Shown here in pieces: positions 35,583 through 44,352 of a DNA stretch of 49,500 nt; position 1 is the first letter of the stretch, and every line of letters begins with the position of its first letter. Source of the stretch: a virus (lineage: Duplodnaviria; Caudoviricetes); the IMG/VR virus record IMGVR_UViG_3300048599_000494, positions 1 through 49,500 of that record, one strand, 5' to 3'. The notes beneath the pieces were generated by a model. The model worked only from the letters and a program-made list of their open reading frames with translations. It made no database searches and was not told where the DNA came from. The translations under genes were made by a program, and so were the position numbers.

Positions 35583-36149
35583 CTAGACCGCCGGCTCCCG
35601 CGGGCCAATGAGCTCCAGCTGGGACGCCCCGGACTTCTTCGACTTCTTCCCCTTGCCCCGGCGGAGCTGCTCGAGGCACGCCGCGGCGGAGAAGTCGTCC
35701 GCCTGGTTGAGGAGACCGACCGACACGTGGGCGCCCGGATCCGCCCCGGGCTCGACGTAGAACTTCCGCACCGAGAGCGACACCACCTGGGCGTCGTCCA
35801 CCCAGAACCCCATCTCCGTCATGACGTCCAGGATGGGCTTGGCGAAGTTGTCGACGTCGCCGGACCCGAGGTTGTCGGCGTGCATGAGATCAGCCGGCCA
35901 CCCGGGCCCGGCCATCTGCTTCTCTCGCTCGAGGGCGATCGCGATCTCGACCTTCACCGGGCACCGGAGCGGGGCCGCCGGCACCTTGGCCGTCGCGAAC
36001 AGCCGGATCGCCTTCCGCCAGGGCTCGATGCGCGAGGGCGTGTAGATATGGGCGAACGCCTTGCCCGCCTTCGACCGGCGCACCTGGGTGGCGGGCCGGG
36101 GCTGGGGGAGCGGGGTTCCGTGCACGATGAACGAGATCCAGGTCTTCAC
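35583..36149 (-). CDS. rusA: RusA-family Holliday junction resolvase
   Basis: GTPLPQPRP, DVDNFAKPILD and WVDDAQV motifs. Confidence 0.9.
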   Translation of the reverse strand: MKTWISFIVHGTPLPQPRPATQVRRSKAGKAFAHIYTPSRIEPWRKAIRLFATAKVPAAPLRCPVKVEIAIALEREKQMAGPGWPADLMHADNLGSGDVDNFAKPILDVMTEMGFWVDDAQVVSLSVRKFYVEPGADPGAHVSVGLLNQADDFSAAACLEQLRRGKGKKSKKSGASQLELIGPREPAV

Positions 36150-37072
36150 GCGACTCCCCCCGCCATACTTGGCCCGTTGATAATCAACACCTCTGGAGCC
36201 TCCATCGGCCGCGCCCCGCGGCCGCTCATCGCGTGAAGGTTTTTCTGCATGGTCTTCTCCACGAAGGTCCACCCCCGATAGAGCTCGCGGTAGCGCGGGC
36301 TGTCGTACGCCGAGACCACGATGCGGGCGTGCCGGTACGCGCGTAGGGCGTCCGCGAGCCTGGCGTGGTCGTCCTGGGCACCGAAGAGTCCGGCGCCGGC
36401 GTGCGTGAACTCGTGCAGGTACCGCCCCCCGCCGCCGCCGGACGTCGCCACCCCGTCCTCAGAGAGATTGGACCGACTCTCCGCGGCGTAGGGCGGGTCG
36501 GCATAGATGGCTGTCTCGGGGCAGTCCTCGAAGCGGTCGATGATCTCGAACGCGTCCCGCTGAAGTACGACCGCGTTCAACAGGCGCCGGTGCCAGGCCG
36601 GCATGCTCTCGACCGCGTTCCGAAACCGCTGGGTCGGAGAACCCCCATTCTTGGTCCAGCGTACCGCGATCTGGTAGTCCGGACGGTCCGTGCCGGCGGT
36701 GCCGTTCCGACCCATCCACGAGGCGATGAAGAACCAATAGGCCCGCTCGAGCGCCGGCTCCTCCGGCACCAAGGGCTCAGACTCGAGGAACGCCTGGGCG
36801 TCCTCGAGGAGCCCTTCGCACATCACCACACGCTGGAGCCGCTCGTACAGCATCTCCGCCCACCCGACCTCCTGGATGATCCGGGCGAGGTTGGTGATGT
36901 CCCCGTGCAAGTCGTTGACCGTCTCCTTTTGGGCCGGGGGCTTGGCCAGGATGACCGACAGCGCCCCTGCGAACGGTTCAAAGTACTGCGTGTGCTCGCC
37001 CAGCTCTGCGACGATCTCGGGGGCGAGCGTCCGTTTTCCCCCGAACCACGGCGCCAACGACCTTATCTTCAT
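36146..37072 (-). CDS. DNA adenine methyltransferase, Dam/D12 class
   Basis: PWFGGK, EPFAG, VNDL and YADPPY motifs. Confidence 0.93.
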   Translation of the reverse strand: MKIRSLAPWFGGKRTLAPEIVAELGEHTQYFEPFAGALSVILAKPPAQKETVNDLHGDITNLARIIQEVGWAEMLYERLQRVVMCEGLLEDAQAFLESEPLVPEEPALERAYWFFIASWMGRNGTAGTDRPDYQIAVRWTKNGGSPTQRFRNAVESMPAWHRRLLNAVVLQRDAFEIIDRFEDCPETAIYADPPYAAESRSNLSEDGVATSGGGGGRYLHEFTHAGAGLFGAQDDHARLADALRAYRHARIVVSAYDSPRYRELYRGWTFVEKTMQKNLHAMSGRGARPMEAPEVLIINGPSMAGGVA

Positions 37073-37424
37073 GACGTTCGCTCCTGGCGGCCGCGATCAC
37101 GCGCCGCACCCTGTAGTCCGCCGCCACCAAGATCTCCCCCAGCGTGAACCCCCACACCCGCACCATGGGGTTATGGAGATTCGCGCGGAACCGGCACTCC
37201 GCCTCCCGCGCGCCGGAGTGGCCGTGCTCGTTGAGCGACGCCGAGATCTCCGGCCACGACGCGTCGAGGTGCTTCCGGGCCAGGTGGGCGAGGAGGGCCC
37301 GGGCCAGAACCGCCCGCTCCGATCGCTGCCCGTCCAGCACGCGCCACAGCTCAACGCCGGCCACCTCGAGGACCTCGTCCCGGACGGCATCGATCAGCAC
37401 CGTGGACGTCGCGGGCGGCACCAT
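36978..37424 (-). CDS. DnaA domain IV-like HTH protein
   Basis: RSERAVLARALLAHLARKHLDASWPEISASLN..HS pattern. Confidence 0.65.
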   Translation of the reverse strand: MVPPATSTVLIDAVRDEVLEVAGVELWRVLDGQRSERAVLARALLAHLARKHLDASWPEISASLNEHGHSGAREAECRFRANLHNPMVRVWGFTLGEILVAADYRVRRVIAAARSERHEDKVVGAVVRGKTDARPRDRRRAGRAHAVL

Positions 37425-37747
37425 CAGCTCCCCATGTCCATGAGCCGGTAGCCCCGCTGGACCTTGAAGAACGCCATCTTGGTGCGGTCCTCGACGTCGG
37501 CGCCGAAGCCGAAGAACCGGCACCACGCCTCGTCCGTGGCCTCGTAGGCTATGAACGGGTGGGCCGGGAACTGCCATCGCCGCGGATGCTTCGGGACCCG
37601 GGCGTCGAAATAGATGCGCATCCCGCCGGCGAAGGCGCTCAGGCCGGGGTCTGCCATCAGTCCGGAGCTCGTACGGAGCCGACGGAGCTCCTCGAGGTGG
37701 TCGGGGTGGAAGAGGAGGTCGGTGGTGCTTGCGAGATTCGGATACAC
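37424..37747 (-). CDS. Hypothetical protein
   Basis: Operon-coupled; AGGAG RBS. Confidence 0.6.
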   Translation of the reverse strand: MYPNLASTTDLLFHPDHLEELRRLRTSSGLMADPGLSAFAGGMRIYFDARVPKHPRRWQFPAHPFIAYEATDEAWCRFFGFGADVEDRTKMAFFKVQRGYRLMDMGS

Positions 37748-37749
37748 GA

Positions 37750-38400
37750 TCAGCTCCTGAGGAACGCCGCGTCACGCGAGCGGTTCCGGTTGAGGTTCGC
37801 CATGAACGCCTCCCGGCGCTCGGGCTCGATCCACGTCAGGCCGCACGCGGTGAACGCGTCCTCTTCCCGCGGGGTCGGCACCGGGACGCCGTCGACCCCG
37901 ATTAGCCGCCCGTCCCGGGACGCGTCCGCCTCGGGCTGGATGCCGTGGTGACGCTTCCATGCGTGCAGGAACCACTGACCGAAGTCCGTGGGCCCGGTGC
38001 GCATGAGCTCGATCCACCCCCGGTTGGCGCCGTCCCACGCCCAGCGGTGGATCTGAACCCGGACCTGGAACTCGGCGCCGTTGTCCTGCCGATGGAGGTC
38101 CACGAGGACGTCGCAGTAGCCGAACCCCCTCTTGAACCCCTTCAGGGGCTTGGCGACGGGCACGGTGCTCGCCCCGAAGAGCCCCTCAACGGCCATGGTG
38201 CGGTCCATCGCCTCGAAGAGCACGTCGGGCCCGCCCTCGGCCGGGGCGCGGCAGGTGAACTCCAGGTCCCCGACGTCGGGCCGCTGGCGCCGCGCCGAGC
38301 CGACCAGAAGCACGTCGGGGCCGCGGAGCCCCCACATGTCCTGGATGCATGCCGCGGCCGCCAGGGCGTCCTGGAGCAAGAGACGATCGCCAGCGCTCAT
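37750..38400 (-). CDS. Minimal family X DNA polymerase-like protein (palm + thumb)
   Basis: VGSARR..VGDLE, RTGP and PTPREEDAF..GLTWIEPERR motifs. Confidence 0.85.
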   Translation of the reverse strand: MSAGDRLLLQDALAAAACIQDMWGLRGPDVLLVGSARRQRPDVGDLEFTCRAPAEGGPDVLFEAMDRTMAVEGLFGASTVPVAKPLKGFKRGFGYCDVLVDLHRQDNGAEFQVRVQIHRWAWDGANRGWIELMRTGPTDFGQWFLHAWKRHHGIQPEADASRDGRLIGVDGVPVPTPREEDAFTACGLTWIEPERREAFMANLNRNRSRDAAFLRS

Positions 38401-38414
38401 CTTCCGCCTCCCGC

Positions 38415-40250
38415 TCAGTCGAGCTGCTCGTCCTGATCCCCCACCGGCCCGTCGTACCCGGTGGCTGGCCTCTTCTTCCCCGGCTTCTTCGCGGGAGCAA
38501 TCCCGCCGGCTCGCGCGAGCTCCGACGGAGCCGCTTCGGGGTCGCGCTCGATCTTCGTGGCCCTGGGCATGAAGTCCGCCACCGTGGGCCGGGGCCCGAG
38601 CTCCGCCTCGACATCGATGCCGAAGGCCTCGCACACCGCCTCGGCCAGGCCCGAGCCGCCGTCGGCGTGGGAGTGGAAGAGCCCGAACTTCCGGTGGCAC
38701 CCCTTCTCGAGCGCGACCAAATGCTCGAGGGACGGCTCCGTCACGAGCTTGAGCAGTCCGCGGAACTCGGCGCCGGGGAGGATCTTCTCGGGCTTGGCGT
38801 TGTACGCCTCGAGCTTCCGCACCAGCGGGTGGTCCCGGAAGATCTGGTACATCGCCCACGCGCCCGGCACCTTGGCCATGGCCGCGGCGAGGGCGGGCTC
38901 CAGCTTCTTGGCCCGCGCCATGAGCGCGTCCCCGAGCTCCCGCCGGGCCTTCAGCTTGGGGTCCTCCTGGAAGCGGTAGGGCTCGACCTTGACCGCCTCG
39001 TCCTTCCGCGCCGGCTTCATCGCCTCCCTGGCCGCCTCGACCACCTGGAAGCGGTCGATGAACGCCGGGACCTCGACGCCGAGCTTGGCGACCGAGGAGA
39101 GGGCCAGGTCCTTCGGCCGCTCCTTTTTCGGGAGCTCCTTCACCGCCTTCGCCACCCGGTGCCCGGCCGACTTCACCGCTCGCTTCGTGGCGGCGGCCTT
39201 GGACGCGAAGCACCCCTTGTTGGTGCACACCCCGGCCTTGGGCTCCTTGTGGCCGCGATCACCGTACCGGCTCTTGGACGACTCGAGGGTGAGGGCGAAC
39301 TCCGGCTCGCCGGACTCGAAGAGCCCGGGGTTGTTGGCAGAGTTGTGCGGGCACTCGACGCACGCCGGCTGCCCGGCGAACGGGACGGTGAGGCTCCACG
39401 GGACCTGGTGCAGGGAGAGCAGCCGCTGGGACACCAGCTCCCGCAGCTCGTCGATGCCCAGGGGGAACTCGCGGAAGTAGTCGTCGCCCTTGGGATCCCC
39501 GGCGGCCGCGGCGTCGGCCAGGTGGGCCCGCTGCTCGGGGTCGGCCACCTTGGCGATCTCGCGGGCGTGGAGCAGTGGAAGCCGACCCGTCGCCACCAGC
39601 TCCCGCTCCTTGGGGCCGAACCGGGCGAGGTACATCCGGTCCCGGATCCACTGCTCGGGCTTGCCGAAGTACTCCGCGGCCTTGCGCACCGCCTGGCGGC
39701 GGGCCTCGACCTGCTGAGCGACGGGGAGCTGCAGGTTCGGCTGCTCGCCCTGGGGGGGCTCGGCCGTGGGCCCCAGCGCCGCCTGGGCCTCGTAGATGTC
39801 GATCACGTGGGCGACCACGAGCGCCTCGTCAACGGGCGAGAGCTCCTTCCGCTGCATGTTCTCGATGCCGCGGAGCACCATCAGGTCGGCTTCGGACTCG
39901 GTGTACATGACCGACGCGTCGATGTCCTCCCACCCGAGCAGCTTGGCCGCCTCGAGCCGGCGCCGGCCAAACACCAGGCGGTAGTCCTGTCCGTTCGCCT
40001 CGATCGCCTCGACGCCGATCGGTTGCTGGAGCCCGTGGATGGCCATGGACCGCGCCAGCTCCTCGACGTTCGCCGCGGTCGGATCCTCCAGCCGGTTCGG
40101 GGAGTCGTCCACGGCGATCCTCGCGATGGGGATCCGCACCCACAGCCTCGACCGCCGGGCGTGGTCGAGCGTCTCGATCTTCGCCGGCGCCGCCGGCTTC
40201 CCCGCGTCCTTCGCCCTGGACTTCTTCGACTTCGTCGCTGTAGCAACCAT
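38415..40250 (-). CDS. ParB/Spo0J-like protein with Cys-rich middle region
   Basis: HGLQQPI, LVFGRRRLEAA, ENMQRKELSPVDEA and CVECP..CTNKGCF. Confidence 0.88.
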   Translation of the reverse strand: MVATATKSKKSRAKDAGKPAAPAKIETLDHARRSRLWVRIPIARIAVDDSPNRLEDPTAANVEELARSMAIHGLQQPIGVEAIEANGQDYRLVFGRRRLEAAKLLGWEDIDASVMYTESEADLMVLRGIENMQRKELSPVDEALVVAHVIDIYEAQAALGPTAEPPQGEQPNLQLPVAQQVEARRQAVRKAAEYFGKPEQWIRDRMYLARFGPKERELVATGRLPLLHAREIAKVADPEQRAHLADAAAAGDPKGDDYFREFPLGIDELRELVSQRLLSLHQVPWSLTVPFAGQPACVECPHNSANNPGLFESGEPEFALTLESSKSRYGDRGHKEPKAGVCTNKGCFASKAAATKRAVKSAGHRVAKAVKELPKKERPKDLALSSVAKLGVEVPAFIDRFQVVEAAREAMKPARKDEAVKVEPYRFQEDPKLKARRELGDALMARAKKLEPALAAAMAKVPGAWAMYQIFRDHPLVRKLEAYNAKPEKILPGAEFRGLLKLVTEPSLEHLVALEKGCHRKFGLFHSHADGGSGLAEAVCEAFGIDVEAELGPRPTVADFMPRATKIERDPEAAPSELARAGGIAPAKKPGKKRPATGYDGPVGDQDEQLD

Positions 40251-40261
40251 CCTGGTATCCT

Positions 40262-40741
40262 TTACCACCCCCGCTCCGCCGCGATCTGGCGCAGGTCATC
40301 CGCCGCGGCGTGGTACTCCGCCGGGAGGTCTGCGCCGGGAATGTCGAACAGCCCCCGCTGTCCCCGGACCTTCACCGTGGGAAGCGCCCTCGCGCCATAC
40401 GCCGGGTGACACCACGGGCCCGTGGCCCAGCGGAACCCGCCCGGGGCCCCTGTCCACGGCGTTCCCTGCTCCCACCGGAAAGCCCCGCCCATCCACACGA
40501 TGCCGATCACCTTCCCCATGCGTGCCTTCATCGCGTGCATCGCCAGGACGGGCGACGCCGGGCACTCGGCCCATCGCTCGTGCGCCCACTGGCAGATCTC
40601 CGGTGTGAACCACGCGAGGTTGAGCCCCGCCTGGATGAGCACCGGCCCGACGTAGCCGAGCGACCGCTTCCGGTTCTCGATCCTCTTCCCGCCGAAGATG
40701 ATGGCGGAGCCCATGGGCTCGCACACGGTGAGGCACTTCAT
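40262..40741 (-). CDS. ASCH-domain protein
   Basis: LTVCEP..IIFGGKRIENR..GPVLIQAG..RGQRGLF. Confidence 0.85.
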   Translation of the reverse strand: MKCLTVCEPMGSAIIFGGKRIENRKRSLGYVGPVLIQAGLNLAWFTPEICQWAHERWAECPASPVLAMHAMKARMGKVIGIVWMGGAFRWEQGTPWTGAPGGFRWATGPWCHPAYGARALPTVKVRGQRGLFDIPGADLPAEYHAAADDLRQIAAERGW

Positions 40742-41229
40742 GTTCCGCCTCCCGGGAGCAGCCGCGGCATGCCCCCGCTCGCGTACACCTCAGGGAGCTG
40801 GGGACGGACCCACTCGCCCACCGTCTTCCCGCCCGGGAGCATCACGTCCGCCAGGAACTCGCGCTCGACGGTGGAGATCCCCACCGCGCACGCCTCCAGT
40901 TTCGCCTTGATCACCAGCAGCAGCGCCCGCCAGGTCGACCGGCACGCCTGCTCCCAACGGGCCTGGACGGCATGGTCCGGCGCGATCGCCCACTTCTGTC
41001 CCCGCCACCCCTCGGTGAATCGCTTCTCGTTCTTCGCCGGGAGCGGGAGCGTCATCCGCACCGCCAACAGGACGCCGGAGACGTCCTTCAGCTTGAAGGC
41101 GATTATCGCGCGTCCCGGCTCGGTGGCGTAGGCGAACGAGTCCGCGCCGTACCGCGCGAGGACCGACTCGATCTCCGCCCGGCTCTTCTCCACCGGCACC
41201 GACGTCTCGGACGCGAACTTCCCGCTCAT
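40738..41229 (-). CDS. Conserved phage hypothetical protein
   Basis: TSVPVEKSRAEIE..RYGA..WRALLLVIKAKLE..EFLA pattern; ATGA coupling. Confidence 0.75.
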   Translation of the reverse strand: MSGKFASETSVPVEKSRAEIESVLARYGADSFAYATEPGRAIIAFKLKDVSGVLLAVRMTLPLPAKNEKRFTEGWRGQKWAIAPDHAVQARWEQACRSTWRALLLVIKAKLEACAVGISTVEREFLADVMLPGGKTVGEWVRPQLPEVYASGGMPRLLPGGGT

Positions 41230-41774
41230 GACACCGCTCCATTCACCAGCACCACCGTGCTCTTCTCCGCCACCACCGCCCCGCTGTCCCGGAACCGCGC
41301 GAACTCGACCTCGGCCCCCTCGACCACGCGCCCGGAGTTGTCGGCCCACAGCACCATCACCGTCCCGCCCTTGCTCCTCAGGCGGATCACGACCCGCCGA
41401 TGGCCGTCGGGGTGCTTCCAGACCTGGCCCACCTCGAGCCACGGCGTCTCGTCGCCCCACCGGCGCCGACCGTGCTGGAGCCTGACCGGCGGCCGGGCCG
41501 GCACCGCATGCCGCGGGGGCAGCGGGACCCTCGAGGGCGGAGGAGAGGCCGGGGGCGGCGGGGGGGGCGGGGGCGCCACGGCCGCGGGCGCCGGCGCCGG
41601 GGCGGGCGGCGGGGCCGGCTGGACCTGGGAACGCTCGTGGAGGATGGAGACGGCCTTCATGATGTACTCCGCGTCGTCTTTCGCGATCCCGTACGCGACT
41701 ACCCGCCCCGCCCCGTTGCACAGCTGGCCGAACTCCGTCTTGGCCCGGGTGTACTGCTTGAACGTCCAGCTCAC
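41226..41774 (-). CDS. Hypothetical two-domain protein with Pro-rich linker
   Basis: GTGA/ATGA coupling on both sides. Confidence 0.6.
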   Translation of the reverse strand: MSWTFKQYTRAKTEFGQLCNGAGRVVAYGIAKDDAEYIMKAVSILHERSQVQPAPPPAPAPAPAAVAPPPPPPPPASPPPSRVPLPPRHAVPARPPVRLQHGRRRWGDETPWLEVGQVWKHPDGHRRVVIRLRSKGGTVMVLWADNSGRVVEGAEVEFARFRDSGAVVAEKSTVVLVNGAVS

Positions 41775-42025
41775 ACGTCCCCCAGCCGCTCGAGGTCCCG
41801 GCGCCGCTCGGCGGCCCGCACCCACTTCGCCCAAGTCGCCGGCTTCATGTACCTCGACCCGTGGGCCCCGTCCTGCCGAGTGCAGTTCGGCCGGATGTAG
41901 AACACCCACTCGGCGTCCGCGCTCTGGACCTGGCGGACGTCGTACCGCCCGCGGGACCAGATCTGCCCCGGGACCGCGACCGGGTCCCGGGGCCGCCGAC
42001 GCCGCTTCCCGCCGCGGGCGCTCAT
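41771..42025 (-). CDS. Hypothetical protein
   Basis: ATGA coupling. Confidence 0.6.
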   Translation of the reverse strand: MSARGGKRRRRPRDPVAVPGQIWSRGRYDVRQVQSADAEWVFYIRPNCTRQDGAHGSRYMKPATWAKWVRAAERRRDLERLGDV

Positions 42026-42435
42026 GCCTTAGCCTCCGGGGGCGCGTCCGCCCGGTCCATCACCCGGAAGAAGTACTGCACCTGGGTGAACGCGATCAGC
42101 ATCTCCTGCTCCCGCTTCTCGCACTCGCTGCGGATCGCCACGAAGCCATCGCCAGTGACGGAGCGGGGATCGTTCAGCAGCACCCGAATCGACTCAAAGC
42201 TCTCCATGCCCGCCGTGATCGCGCGCACGACGAGATGCAGGGCTTCACGGGTCACGGGGCCCTCGAGCACGAGGTCTTCGGCCTCGATGCCGCGAACGCA
42301 ATCCGCACCCCGGTACTGCTCCAAGCTCTGCTCCCGGATGATCTCGAGGGCCTCGTCGTACGCCCGGTCCCGCCGACGGATGTACAGCCACGGATTGATC
42401 CACCACCACCACGGCCGGCAGTCACGCGTGCTCAT
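42022..42435 (-). CDS. Hypothetical protein
   Basis: ATGA coupling. Confidence 0.6.
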   Translation of the reverse strand: MSTRDCRPWWWWINPWLYIRRRDRAYDEALEIIREQSLEQYRGADCVRGIEAEDLVLEGPVTREALHLVVRAITAGMESFESIRVLLNDPRSVTGDGFVAIRSECEKREQEMLIAFTQVQYFFRVMDRADAPPEAKA

Positions 42436-43130
42436 GCCCCCACCGCCTCACGCTCGACCTGGGCCGAGGCCTTCCGGTGCACCGATCGGAACGTCTGCAC
42501 GGCCGCCTTCACCCGGGCCGCGACCTTCTCCCCCACGTTGAGCGCGGCGCCGAGATCCCCGTCCGAGTCGATCACCTTCGCCACCGCGCCGATAGTCGTG
42601 AACCCGGCCTTCACCAGCCGCCCCTTATCCAGCTCCGGGATGTCGAGCTCGTTCACCGACGCGTCCAGGTGCTCGTCCACGCCCTCGGCGTGCTCGTGGT
42701 CCTCCTGGCGGGCGGCCTCGTCCCGGGGCTTGGGCGCCGAGGGCTTCTCGATCGAGGGCGGCGGCGGGGGCGTGTAGAGCGGCATCTCGTCGGTGAGCCC
42801 GTCGAGCTCCGGGGAGTCGGCGTCCTGGACAGTCTCGGTGATCGTGTTCCCGTAGAACCGGATGGACGCCTCGAGGTTGGAGATCTCCTGGATGGCGTCG
42901 TAAACGCGGGCCTTGGCCTCGGCGAGCTCCAGCTCGCTCACGGCGCCGCCGGCGGCCTTGGACTTGAAGAGCTCCGCCAGCTGGGCCTGGAGCCCGTCCC
43001 GCTGCTCAAACGCCTTCTTCCTGGCCGCGGAAGCCTCGGCCTTCATCCCCACGCAGAACCGGATCCGGTTGCACACCGCCAGGGAGAACGGAGAGTCCGA
43101 CGCGAACTTGTTCTTCGGCTTCTTCGCCAT
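42432..43130 (-). CDS. Coiled-coil protein with C-terminal HhH / RNAP alpha-CTD-like domain
   Basis: SVNELDI..RLVKAGFTTIGAV..LNVGEKVAARVKAAV; GAGGT RBS. Confidence 0.6.
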   Translation of the reverse strand: MAKKPKNKFASDSPFSLAVCNRIRFCVGMKAEASAARKKAFEQRDGLQAQLAELFKSKAAGGAVSELELAEAKARVYDAIQEISNLEASIRFYGNTITETVQDADSPELDGLTDEMPLYTPPPPPSIEKPSAPKPRDEAARQEDHEHAEGVDEHLDASVNELDIPELDKGRLVKAGFTTIGAVAKVIDSDGDLGAALNVGEKVAARVKAAVQTFRSVHRKASAQVEREAVGA

Positions 43131-43183
43131 GGTGACCTCAACACCCACCCACTCCCGCCGACGAATGACGACAGGGGACGGCG

Positions 43184-44275
43184 CTACGCCGCGCCGCCCC
43201 CCGCGCGTCCCACTGCTGGTCCCCCCGCCGAGTACTCGCGGCCCACGCTCTTGCAGGCGGCGCGGCAGACCCGGTCGTACACCTCGTCGGCCCCGAGCAG
43301 CTCCACCTGGCCGGGGAGCACCACCCGGCGCTGCACGATGGCCCGGGCCGACGGGAACACCGCCTCGACCGCTCCACGCACCGGGGCGTCCGCGGACGGG
43401 AGCCGCCGGGCGAGGATGTCGTGGAGCTGGTCCTCCAGCTGGGCCGCGGGGCGGACCTGGACGGCGTCCGCCGCGTGCGCGGGGCCCGACGAGCCACCCA
43501 TGCTCCCCCCGGCACCCGCGGCCTCGCGGAAGAGGGGCTGGCCGCTGTTGAGGAACCACACCACGAACTCCCGCATGGACTTTCGGAGCTTGCCCTGGGC
43601 CTTCACGGCCTTGCCGGACGCGAGAGCGTCCCGGACACGGGCGGCCCCGTGACGATCTACCAGCCGCTGGGCATCCTCCCGACGGAAGTCCCCGCCTTCC
43701 CGCCTTTGCAGCAACGCGACAACGCCGCCGTCGACGTCGTCGTCTTTCAATTCTCGTCTAAACAGGAGGTCCGCCGCGGCGGACTCGGAGTCCGCCCTGG
43801 CGGACTGGTTGTCCGCCACCGCGGACCGCGGGGGGGGAGGGGTAGTCCGCCGTGGCGGACTGTCGACCGCCGGGAGAGCCGCCGGCGGAGGGGGGGATGC
43901 CGAACCCCGGCGCTGGGCGAACGACCGGCCGGGGAACAGTTCCCAGGCTCCGTGGCCGTTCTTCGTGGACAGGCCGGCTCGCTCGAGCTCGGCGAGGGCG
44001 TCGTACATCGCGGACTTCGAAAGGCCAGATTGGGCCATCAGGGCGGCGCGAGAGGGCAAAGAAGTGCCGTCGCGCGTGGAGCGGTGCCGGAGCAGCACCA
44101 GGAGCACCTTGGTCGCGGAGGGGGAGAGTCCGGCCAGGGCGCCCGAATCGACGAACCAGTTCAGCACGGGGAACCACCGGCCGTCCTCGACGGGCTCCGC
44201 GAAGCGGACCTCGACCACGGGCTGGTCCGAGTTGATGACGGTGGTGTGGCGGGCGTCGGGCATGGATGCCTGCAT
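43184..44275 (-). CDS. Replication initiator (winged HTH, lambda O-like organisation)
   Basis: LSPSATKVLLVL..SLPSRAALMAQSGLSKSAMYDALAELERAG; internal iterons; start uncertain. Confidence 0.75.
   Translation of the reverse strand: MQASMPDARHTTVINSDQPVVEVRFAEPVEDGRWFPVLNWFVDSGALAGLSPSATKVLLVLLRHRSTRDGTSLPSRAALMAQSGLSKSAMYDALAELERAGLSTKNGHGAWELFPGRSFAQRRGSASPPPPAALPAVDSPPRRTTPPPPRSAVADNQSARADSESAAADLLFRRELKDDDVDGGVVALLQRREGGDFRREDAQRLVDRHGAARVRDALASGKAVKAQGKLRKSMREFVVWFLNSGQPLFREAAGAGGSMGGSSGPAHAADAVQVRPAAQLEDQLHDILARRLPSADAPVRGAVEAVFPSARAIVQRRVVLPGQVELLGADEVYDRVCRAACKSVGREYSAGGPAVGRAGGGAA
43744..43860. repeat. Putative replication origin: four palindromic iterons plus a short AT-rich patch
   Basis: GTCCGCC-nn-(G/C)GCGGAC at 43769, 43790, 43811 and 43845. 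Confidence 0.75.
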
Positions 44276-44352
44276 GGGGTTCTGGAGGGGGCCGGCCCCG
44301 GCCTGGGAGACGCGGGGCCGGCCCTGGGGTGGGGGTCTATCGGGGCCTGAGG

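Noticed and set aside
43769-43860. CRISPR-like mini-array
   Set aside because: Spacers are only 5-18 bp, the repeats are inside a coding region and there are no cas genes; iterons fit better.
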